This document shows, piece after piece, positions 20,610 to 30,009 of a stretch of 30,245 nucleotides of DNA (position 1 is the first letter of the stretch; each line of letters begins with the position of its first letter). Position numbers and translations under genes: made by a program. Under the pieces are notes generated by a model, which ran no database searches, was not told the DNA's origin, and saw nothing but the letters and a program-made list of their open reading frames with translations. The DNA comes from Macrostomum lignano (taxonomy: Eukaryota). The stretch spans positions 1 through 30,245 of the forward strand of contig NIVC01004600.1 of the NCBI GenBank assembly GCA_002269645.1, given 5' to 3'.

Positions 20610-22637
20610 ATGCAAACTCAACCGGAGTGCATCCCGTCTCTGGGCCGGCCGTTTCAGCTCGGACAGCTGTACGACATCCGACAGCACCGGATCATTACAC
20701 AGTCGGCCTGGCCATCTGATCGAATTCGGAAAATGACGACTCGGCTGGATGATGCGCCCAGCGTGAGGTTTTCCCTGGACTACGAGTACAGCTCGAAGCG
20801 CCGAGCGGAGCAGCTGGGGCTGAACGCCCAGCTGAGATTTTGCATTGAGTTCAAAGCGTTGTGGTGGACAGTGTACGAGAAGACAATGACAGGATCAGCA
20901 AAATACGTCACCGAGGCAAGCTCCACCGAGACCAGTGGAAGCGTCACTTTGCAGTACGACGTGAAGGGTGCGTTTGAGGAGCTTCAGTGCTGCAACGAGC
21001 TTGTAGACAATGAGAAGAAGTTACTAAGCACTGGTGCAACGCACGTTGTGACAGGAATCCGGTACGGAGGCAAGGCGTTCATTGTCTGCAAAGGCTGGTC
21101 CAATGCGTCCAGCTTCTTCGAGCGAGCAACATCTGACTGTCATGAACTGGTAGATTGGAAGGTGGAACAGTGGATCAGAGATGCTGGGCAGTCTGCCAGA
21201 TCGTTCGCTCAGTTTGGCTTGCCGAACCGCTCTTCAAGTTCTGGCAGCTATCAGATCGAGTGTCACACAGACTTCAAGCAGCCAAGGAAGACAATGAGAG
21301 AGCCACCGGATGTTTTAGAGTATTTTAAATCCTTGGATTCGAGGGATGCGAATCAAGCAATGGAAATCCATCTCACTCCATTGCGCTACTTTTGCCCGTC
21401 GGTTCCAGCTTCAGTCCCAATGACAAAAACGCAACATCTGGAAGATGCCTGCCAGTACCTTCAAGCGTTGAAGGCCGGCTTTGAACATTCCGAGCAACTT
21501 TTGGACAAGATTAGCCGGGAGGCAGAGTTAAACACTTCAATCGGAGAGACACTGCACGGATACAAGAGAGACCTGGACACTCATGTGAGCGAGTACACAC
21601 AGCGGATGCAACAAAGTTTTGTGAATCATCGCACTTCGGACGAGTTTGCTGAAGCTCATCACGCCGGCAGTTTAGACAGCGTCTTCACCTACACCAGCAT
21701 GGACACCTCTTTGAACATGTTTGGTCGCCAAACTACCGACCTCTGCGATTTAAGTGCAAAGCTTCGACAGGGTATTGACGCTACAAGCGCTGAAGAACTT
21801 GAGATGAAAGCAGAAAGATTGGCAAAGGAAATAGAGGACCTTTTTAGCATACACGACTCAAGCAAGCAGCTTGAAGAGCAAATGTCCCCAGGACAGAGCC
21901 AATTTAGAATTAAGCGCACCAGAATCGAAGAAAGAAATCGGGATGATCGGTCCTGCATCACTTGGTGCATCAGGTGTCGAAGTACGTGCCATGAAGACTG
22001 TGGCTATTCCAATAACGAGGATAAAGCAAAGTGCTGTGCCATGAACAGTGATGGATACTGTAAAGAGTGCGGCTGCTACTGGAGACTTCACCGAAACACC
22101 AGCACCGAACAGAGGGAGTTTGAATACTACGAATCTGTTCCCATTGACAAAGTGAGCAAGAAGTATGGAGAAAATACAAACCAGCGCGGTGCTGCGAGGC
22201 GTATCAAGTATCACCTAGGAATGGACGCGAAGATGGCTTTGCAGAAAACGGCCTACAAACTCGTGAGTGCTCACAGGTGCTTCAAAGGCCTGCACCAGGG
22301 CGTCGACTTGGATCAGTTCATTAGAGACAAGCTTCGGTCCAAGCGGCTGGATCCGGAAGATTCCTCCAAATTGATTGAACTGACCAAAGCTATCGATGCA
22401 CGAGTTGAGGATAGAACCGATTACGCTAGGTTTGAATGGCAGTCACGACTGCCGGAACGTCCGACAACGCCGCCGACATTTGGTGCAGTCGGTGCAGACA
22501 GTACAGGCAGTGGTACGGCTCGTATTGGTGCAGCAGTCTTTGGTGCCGGTTCATCCGATTTGTATCGTTCTTTGTACGGTGGGCGACAAAATCGGGATTC
22601 AAATCCCCAGTCTGATCCGGATTGCACTATTAGTTGA
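20610..22637 (+). CDS. Stonustoxin-like MACPF/CDC protein 2, 675 aa, with helical region, Cys/His-rich module and C-terminal CaaX (CTIS)
   Basis: Uninterrupted ORF. CIPSLGRPFQLGQLYDIRQHRII matches the SNTX N-terminus. It has the GSAKY motif, MACPF signature GATHVVTGIRYGG, HTDF and AMEIHLTPL. The C-terminal module reads CITWCIRCRSTCHEDC...KCCAM...YCKECGCYWRLH. Ends GAT TGC ACT ATT AGT TGA. Confidence 0.9.
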   Translation: MQTQPECIPSLGRPFQLGQLYDIRQHRIITQSAWPSDRIRKMTTRLDDAPSVRFSLDYEYSSKRRAEQLGLNAQLRFCIEFKALWWTVYEKTMTGSAKYVTEASSTETSGSVTLQYDVKGAFEELQCCNELVDNEKKLLSTGATHVVTGIRYGGKAFIVCKGWSNASSFFERATSDCHELVDWKVEQWIRDAGQSARSFAQFGLPNRSSSSGSYQIECHTDFKQPRKTMREPPDVLEYFKSLDSRDANQAMEIHLTPLRYFCPSVPASVPMTKTQHLEDACQYLQALKAGFEHSEQLLDKISREAELNTSIGETLHGYKRDLDTHVSEYTQRMQQSFVNHRTSDEFAEAHHAGSLDSVFTYTSMDTSLNMFGRQTTDLCDLSAKLRQGIDATSAEELEMKAERLAKEIEDLFSIHDSSKQLEEQMSPGQSQFRIKRTRIEERNRDDRSCITWCIRCRSTCHEDCGYSNNEDKAKCCAMNSDGYCKECGCYWRLHRNTSTEQREFEYYESVPIDKVSKKYGENTNQRGAARRIKYHLGMDAKMALQKTAYKLVSAHRCFKGLHQGVDLDQFIRDKLRSKRLDPEDSSKLIELTKAIDARVEDRTDYARFEWQSRLPERPTTPPTFGAVGADSTGSGTARIGAAVFGAGSSDLYRSLYGGRQNRDSNPQSDPDCTIS

Positions 22638-23086
22638 ATTTGAATTTTATAATTGTATACGAGTTGACAATTTAATTTAGATTGATCGAAAAGAAGGCAA
22701 AATAGGACGTTACTTCCGAATACGAGCTTAGTAGAATCGAATTATTCTAAATTTAACTGGCTATATATTAGTAATAGCATACGTAGTACCGTCCTGTTTG
22801 CAAATGAATCTTATATAAACTTTAGAGACCCAAGAACGATTACTTACCACTATTTTAGCTATCAGTATTCACCCATGTAATTTATATTATTGAACGTAGC
22901 TTATTCGCATCTTACGCTAATGTTTTACTCTGTAGCTTATATATATTACGAGCAAATCGCACGGTTTGTTACTCTTTTTCAGTATTCGGGTTATAAAATT
23001 AGTATTCGGGCGCAATAAATCACTGTTTCGATGGCGTGTAACTTGGGGTGCATAAAGTGGTCCATTCTAAGACGCTGTCAGGTACA

Positions 23087-23255
23087 GGGCACCGTGTGGG
23101 GCACCGTTTGGGGCACCGTGTGGGGCACAGTGTGGGGCACCGTGTGAGATATAGGGCACCGTATAGGGTATGGGGACATAGGGCACCGTGTGGGGTATGG
23201 GGCACCGTGTGGGTATGAGGGTATGGGGCACTGTGTGGGGTATGAAGCACTGTGT
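23087..23255. repeat. Degenerate minisatellite, ~12-bp unit GGGGCACCGTGT
   Basis: Direct repetition with a GGCACC core, interspersed with GGGTAT. Confidence 0.85.
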
Positions 23256-23330
23256 TGATTATTAGGGCACTTTATAAATTAAAAATTACATACCTAAGCA
23301 AGTGATTACAAACATCCACGGTGTAAAGGC

Positions 23331-24345
23331 CCTTTAACAGTAGAAAGACCACGCTATTTTTCCCCATGGGGATAGACCACGGGGGTGTATTCTCGTACAA
23401 ATGCACACGACTCATTTCACGATGGCTCGCAAACCGAATTACCGATTTTCGTAAAAGTCCACCATATGGATCAAACTTTTCCGCCCTTTCCGACGAACTA
23501 ACTTTCAAAGTCATCCGAAATCAGCATCATCAAGATATTCAACGATTCTTGTCGAAGACACTGGTGGCAAGGGCAACCAACACTACACTGTATAAACCTT
23601 TATGGTGAATCCATATTGGCTCAATAATCTGGGTCCATCTGTCGTAGAGGCCTCTGTTCTCAGCATCCCAAGCACAAGGGTCCCCTTTATCACCATCTAG
23701 AGCATGCTTTTGCACCATGTTAAATTGGAGAGCAACAGATCACGATGTTGGGGGTGCCAGCTAGTCGGGGCCGCGTGGTGGCACTCCGTTGAAGGTCCCG
23801 AAGGTGGCCTGTATGTCTACAGGTCAGCCTAGAAGGTCGCCATCGTCCTTTTCATTCACCGATTTTGTCTACTGACTGGATGCATGCAGAAGAGGATTAT
23901 TCCATTTCAGTTTTGGGAACGCAGCCGTCTCTGAGATGCCGATCGGGTGCTTTTGTTGAAGGTCCCGACGGTCACCGCCGATGCTCCAGACGGTGATAAA
24001 GGGGACTCTAGTGCCTGGGATGCTGATAGCAAAAGTCCCTGCGACTAATATGCAGGGTTTGTTGAGCCAACGTGGTTTCATGATGAGATTTTGTGAGCAG
24101 AAAATTTTTGCAAATGTTAATAGTTTTTGCCACCAGACCCCGAGGAGAATCGTTAAAATATCTCGACTACGCCGATGATTTTTCGTGATTCTCGAAGTTG
24201 CTCCATCGAATACCCTCGTAGAGCGGAAAATTTTAGCCCGTGTTCTGGATTTTCATGGCAGTTGGTTGAATATTTTTGGAGATACAGACAAAGGAAAAAT
24301 GTGTGTATTTGAAATACACACCCATGGTCTTTCTACTGTTAAAGG
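23331..24345. mobile_element. Foldback / long-TIR non-autonomous element: two ~370-bp inverted arms around a ~275-bp spacer
   Basis: Perfect 21-bp inverted match 23331-23351 / 24325-24345 (CCTTTAACAGTAGAAAGACCA). A gapless 100-nt inverted match 23606-23705 / 23981-24080 has 75 identities by hand count. Intermediate shared blocks (TTGCCACCAG, AGAATCGTT, GCGGAAAA) are symmetric about position ~23840. No TSD identified. Confidence 0.7.
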
Positions 24346-26244
24346 CAGCATTGACATACGCTCGTACAGTCTTAAATGATGAAAATCAAAAAACGCACTA
24401 AAACGCTGACTTTGATGGCAAGTGATAGGGGCAATGACCTTTAATGTTATGTCAAAGATAATATATTTTAATTAATAGTAAAGCGCTTCAGCTTAAACTA
24501 AAATATTCGAATAAAGTTGTCAGGATATTTGAGTACATCATTTGAGTTAAAAAGTCTGGAGTGAACTAGAGGAGATTAAATTAATTATAGAGAAATTCTA
24601 CTGCGGTGTAAATAAAACGGCGCTAGCTTAAATTTAAACCAATAACTAGTAACTGATTATCAATTTGATCCCGGAAATACGAAGCGCCTGACGGCCGGAA
24701 GTTGGGCCAGTTCCGGTCAATTTAAAACAGAATTATCCGCACAGCAGATAATCCGGCTGACGTACCTGCCAACTTTCATAACGAGAGCTGATAGTTTTGC
24801 AAAAAGCTTGTCTTCTAAGCTATCACCCGAACGCATTGGACACTTATTGGACAGGCATTTTCATAGCTAAGTTTGGAGCCAGAGTTGCCATGGAACTGCC
24901 GGTCAAGTGCCAAATACAGTTCGGAAATGGTGTTAATTATTATAATAGTTTAGATCATTTTGGATCAGTCATCAGTCTTTAGCTGACGCAGAGTTAAAAC
25001 AAGTATTTATTAACCAGAACTGGAACTCACGGACGAATCAAGTAAAAAATTGGGTGCTTCGACATGCAACGAGACTGCTCAATGCGATCAATGCCAAAGT
25101 TATTAAAAACAAATAATCTTTCTGATTTAAAAAGCATTCTGATTCGTCAAAAGTTTTCTGAAACTGTTTTGACTAATTTGGCTAATTGGCATATTTTATC
25201 GAACTGAGCAGCGTAAACGATTTAAATTGGTGCCAGATTTGAGCACTAGTTGAGTAAGAAAACTACAGGTAGAGGAAGCCTAAGGCATATGGCTCGTAGC
25301 ATTAGTCTAGATAATAATAGCGATTTTGAATATGCATGCGAGGGAGGGGAGTAAAATTTCCATTTTTAGAGCGACGCGCACTTTGTTAAAATTTAGTTGA
25401 CATAATCGGCAGAAATTTTTCCTGGATGGCAAGTAGAAAAATTCGGTAGTAGTTTAAAGTCAGTGAAATAGTTTTTGACGTGACAGTAAACAAAAGCTCC
25501 GCAGAGCTCCCGCTGATGTTTGGACAGTTAGACTAAAGTAGGACGAGTCAGTTTTGCGCACAAAAAATTGCTTTTTGACGCAGGAAGTGTTCGGCTAAAG
25601 AGAAAAGCCAGAAAAACGCAAACCACCTGACACCCTAGCGATTTTCTGACTTATAACGGTTAGCTTAATTTCGAATTCTTGTTCGACACTAAATTCGAAA
25701 GTAAAACAAAAAATAGCAAAAATAAAGTTAACTTGGTTGGAGGCCGAAAAACGGCAATTGAAGAAATTATCAATAAAATAGAAACGTTTTGTGCGAGTTT
25801 TTGTGCATTGTTGTCGTCGCACATCAAAAGGATGGATCGTTTAAAAACACTCGAAAGATTTGATTGATTTTCTTCTTTCAGATTCAATTTATACTTTTGC
25901 TAGTGCCTTCTGCAGTTAAGTAGTTATAGTCAATTACGATTCTCCTCTTGATGAGCACGAGACAATAGCGGGGCGAGATTGGCGTGTTGAGTCTCAGTTT
26001 GTCACGGTTTGATTAGTGACTAAGTCGGGATTGAGTAGTCACTATTTAGCGATTGTACAACGGAGACCTTGCATACTTTTCTTTATAAATTTTGTTCAGT
26101 TAGTAGTAAGTAAATTTGGTAAATTTCGCTAAAGCTATTTTTTTCCTGTGATTTTACCAATTTTTAGTTAGCAAATTATGGGTCTCGTTGTACCTTTGAA
26201 AGACAAAAACGATTGTGTTAGTTTTTCAATGGTCAAAAATAATT

Positions 26245-27319
26245 TTACAGCGCTTCAGGATCGCTGTGACCGTCGTCCATCATTTCAAGTGTTGCCATGG
26301 TGATAGCAAGGCCCATCACCTCGTCGACAAACGCGGAGACGCTCTTTGTGTCGTCCATGATGCTGAGGCCGGCGATGCCAGCGAACTCCCCTCCGCTGGC
26401 CGCGGCAATCTGCGACTCACGGCGTCGATCGCGTGCCATCTCTTTCTGGATCATGACGTCCAAGGACTCGCGTCGCAGCTCCTCCACAATCCCAGCCGTA
26501 GTGGTCGCCTCGCTGATGGTTGACTGCTGGTCGATGCTGGCCGAGCGCGACGATCGAGCGGACGCGGTGGCGGACAACAAGGCGGAAGCACGAGAACCAC
26601 GCCGTTTCGGGCTGACCTCAACTCTACACTGCGTCTGACACTTGTCGTCGGCGGTCTGGAGGCTGAGGGTGTAACAGCCGCTGTCTGAGAGCATCACACG
26701 GTCGATGGCCAGCGAGTAGGACATTCCAGACCGGGTCACTCTATGCCGTGGTCCGTACGTGATCTCCCGACTGCCCTTTGTCCACATGGCAATCGCGCGA
26801 CCTTCGGCAACAAAGATTTTCGTCTCAGTAGAAGCGAATCGCCTTCGTCGATCTCCAAAATACGCGGCAGCGGCTGCTCGATGCGCATCGGCTCGCTGCT
26901 GTAGTCCGTAGCTGAGTTCTGCGTTGCACTGGCTGACTCAGCCGATGGTTCGGCCGCGCCGGCAGCGACAGCCCGCTTGGCAGTTGACGAGGAGTCGTTG
27001 GCCACCCAGAGGAAGGCCGAGTGTTTGGTACGGCCATACGTGTTGAACGCGAGCACCCTATAGAGGCCCTCGTCGGCTCGAGTCACGCCATGAATGGTCA
27101 GCCGGGTTTTTCCTGGTTCAGGCGACTCGGCTTGGACCCTAGCTGGTACGAACGGATCGTCGTCGAGAAGCTCCAAGCCATCCTTCTCCCATTTGAACGC
27201 TGGTGATGGCTGGCCGGAGGCTTCGGCGATCAGCAATACAGTCTGGCCCTGCTCCACTGTCTGGCTGGACAGGGTGCGTGTGAACTTCGGGATGCGGACG
27301 TCCATTGGTGGTGGGCGCT
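26245..27319 (-). CDS. Twitchin/projectin-like giant kinase, last exon: post-kinase Ig5, Ig6 and C-terminal tail (frameshift ~26826)
   Basis: Acceptor TTTCCACAG at 27320. I-set motifs PKFTRTL...F.WEKDG...D.GLY.V.AFN.YG. The second Ig continues in another frame (ETKIFVAEGRAIAMWTKG...DSGCYT). Stop TAA at 26247-26245. Confidence 0.85.
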
Positions 27320-27708
27320 CTGTGGAAAGAAAATCGGTTTATATATAGCTACGAGCGTACAAACGTACGATTATAAACTTGTGGCCATACGAAAGGTCGC
27401 ATGTAGCTTGTACAAATTGAAATTTGTTCCGTAATACCAGTAATTGCTCAATTTTTAAATTCCACTAGATTTGCATGCAGTTGAGCAGCCATTGAGTAAA
27501 ATCTAAAATCTGCTTTAGTAAAGTCTTCATCCATAAGATCTTGAACTCCTGCTCACACTTGAGTACTCGAGTTCAAGCAATTTCTTACATCGAGCTAGCT
27601 GCAACTCTTGAGCAATATTATAGTTCACTTTATTCATAAGCTAAGATTAAACTGAGAAGAAATAGTATTTCCTCTAAAACAGTCCTTATCTTCGAATTTG
27701 TCACTGAC

Positions 27709-28344
27709 CTGCCTCGATGACCCTGCAGGTAGTAGTAGCCTCTCCAGCCATGTTGAATGCAACAGCAGAGAACTCTCCCAGTTCGGCTTGGGTGCAGTTA
27801 AGCACTAGCAGCTCCTGGAAGTCGCCAACATTTTTCACTACAAACTTGCCGCCACTGTTGATTGGCCGGCCGGCGTGGTACCAGCGAACAATCGGCCTTG
27901 GCTGGCCACTAACAGAGCACGCCAGGCTAAATGTCGACTCCAAGTCGACGGCTGTGTCCCTCAGTTTAGCGCTGAACTGCGGCACCCGTTTCAGCGCCAA
28001 CTGCGGTAGAGTCGGCATCGGCTGCTGCTGAGAGGAGACGGCGCGGACGCGCAATGCGCACTCGACATCGTCGAGTCCGTGACGCCCTTCCGCTCGGCAG
28101 GTGTAGACGGCACAGTCCTGCTGCAGCGTGGTCTTGAACCGCAGCATGCAATGGCCAGTCTCTTTGTCAGCTTGCACTTCGATTCTATCCGTGCTGATTA
28201 GCTCTTCTGAGCGGTTCTTTAGCCAGCGCACTCGGTCCCAGGCGCCAGCGCTTCGGTCCAGGAAGCATTCCAAGCGAGTTGCCTGGCCCTCAATGGCTGT
28301 GACGTCCAGCGGGCCGCTTCGGAAGCGCGGACTCGGACCAGGTG
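27709..28344 (-). CDS. Twitchin/projectin-like kinase exon: post-kinase Ig3 and Ig4
   Basis: Acceptor ATTTTAG at 28345 and donor GTCAGT at 27708 (phase 1). Two I-set domains (PRFRSGP...WLKN...DCAVYTC; PQFSAKL...WYHAG...ELGEFS). Confidence 0.9.
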
Positions 28345-28431
28345 CTAAAATAAGCAAAAAATATCGTTGTTTTTTACTATTTAAAAACAATATTGAAATG
28401 AGAGAGCTCTCACCAATTCGTCTGAACTTAC

Positions 28432-28755
28432 CAGAAAGTGCTAGTGTGACTGTAGTAACTGCCTCTCCGTAGATGGAGCTCGCTTTCAGAGAATATTCGC
28501 CGCAGTCGGCAGCAGTCGCCTGAACTATCTCGAGCACGTGCTCGCTGCCTTCAGCGTATACGCGGCATCGATCGGACAGTTCCAGCGGCCGTCCATCGCG
28601 GCACCATCGTACGCTCGGCCGGGACGCTGCAGATGTCACCACGGCGTGGAACCGAGCGTTGGTGCCTGGCACGACCATCTGCGACAGCGGCGGCAGCTGG
28701 ATAATCGGAGCCAGATCAGCCGGCTTCTCCGAGACGGCAACCGAGGATGTTGATT
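28432..28755 (-). CDS. Twitchin/projectin-like kinase exon: post-kinase Ig2
   Basis: Acceptor CCACCAG at 28756 and donor GTAAGT at 28431 (87-nt intron). Reads V.WCRDG...DCGEYSLKASSIYG. Confidence 0.9.
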
Positions 28756-28836
28756 CTGGTGGAATTGTTTTAATTTAGTGGTAAATTTTAGTGTTGATCA
28801 TTGACTAAAAAAGAAAAATAGATATTTTTAGCTTAC

Positions 28837-29700
28837 TCTTGACGCTGACTCGCGCGGAATCCTCTGCTCGACCGCTCTGGTTGACCACTCGGACGCTCCA
28901 GGTTCCTTGATGTTTTTCACTAAGACTCGGCACGTTGACAGTAGTCTCTCCCAGTTTGGTGCGCACGACCACGGAACTGTCGCTTTCGTTGATAGGCACA
29001 TCGTTCAGCGTCCAAACAGGTGTTGGTTCCGGATATCCATTGAAACGGACGCTGAAACTAAGAGAGCTTCCGGTAGCTTGGGTGACGCTGCGAAGCTGAT
29101 CAAGGATCCGAGGCGCCTCAGGCTGTCTATCGAGTCTCACGCTGAGGCTGTTGTCATTGTTGCTAGCATCCTGGCAGGTGCCGCAATGCGCCAGCCGCCC
29201 GATTGGCAGCACGGTCTCGCGGAAACGGCGGCTCTCGGCGATTCTCTGGCGAAGCGAAATTGGATGCAGACGGACGTCGAAGCGCTCCTCACGTGGTGAC
29301 ATGTTGAGCCAGGGATGGTTCAGGCACTGCTCAGCTGTCATCCGCTGTGTTGGCAACGCCACGATAAGTCGCGCAATGAAATCTTTAGCTGTGTCGGAAA
29401 CGTGGGCCCACATCTCGCTGTCAAAGCTGAATTTGCAGTCCCGAATAGCCTGGAAGCGTTGCTGACTGCTTCACCACCGAATGGAGCCAGCCCAGTCAGC
29501 ATGATGTGGCAGAGCACGCCAAGCGCCCACAGATCGGTTGAGCAGCCGCAAGGTTCTTTGCTGACCATCTCTGGCGACAGATACTCCAGGGAGCCAAAGT
29601 TGGCGGTGAAGCTGCGACCCTGCTCGAGACGTTGGCTAAGGCCAAAGTCGATCAGTTTGCAGTCTGATCCGCTGGTTGAAACGAACATCACGTTTTCGGG
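28837..29700 (-). CDS. Twitchin/projectin-like kinase exon: kinase C-lobe, C-terminal regulatory tail and Ig1 (frameshift ~29468)
   Basis: PENVMF...KLIDFG...GSLEYLSPE...TDLWALGV...LTGLAPFGG; AKDFIARL...RMTAEQCLNHPWL. The tail VLPIGRLAHCGT...LDRQPEAPR resembles the twitchin tail (LPPLGRISNYSS...WDRSEAQPR). Donor GTAAGC at 28836. Confidence 0.9.
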
Positions 29701-29785
29701 CTAAAATTACAATTCGAGCATTAATGAAATATACTCCGATCTATTATTAATAACAATTAAAACGCAAGAGTTCGTTTTTGCGCAC

Positions 29786-29927
29786 CTTAACATCCATATG
29801 CACGTAGTTTTTGCGGTGCATGAAGTCTAGACCTTCGCAAACCTGCCTGACGGTAGAGCTAAGCGTTCGCTCCGTCACTGAGTAGTTAGAATCCACGTAC
29901 TTGTCAAATAGATCACCACCGGCAATG
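29786..29927 (-). CDS. Twitchin/projectin-like kinase exon: hinge to catalytic loop
   Basis: (F)IAGGDLFDKY...VRQVCEGLDFMHRKNYVHMDVK. Flanked by an 82-nt and an 85-nt GT-AG intron with consistent phases. Confidence 0.92.
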
Positions 29928-30009
29928 CTAGAATATGATTGGTGACATTCACTTAGAGCTATGTCAGTTGAAAAGTAGTGTTTAAATGGGATAAACGTGC
30001 AACACTTAC

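Noticed and set aside
23540-23750. Minus-strand peptide HALDGDKGDPCAWDAENRGLYDRW..., conserved in the opposite arm
   Set aside because: The similarity is explained by the DNA-level inverted repeat. The mirrored copy contains stops and no protein family was recognised.
24500-26200. Short ORFs and small hairpins in the AT-rich spacer
   Set aside because: No domain similarity, repeat structure or splice-consistent model was found. It looks like ordinary intergenic or 3' UTR sequence.
28345-28431. 87-nt in-frame, stop-free segment read through in the 325-aa ORF
   Set aside because: It is AT-rich, bounded by GTAAGT and TTTTAG, and matches the size of neighbouring introns. It is an intron, not coding sequence.
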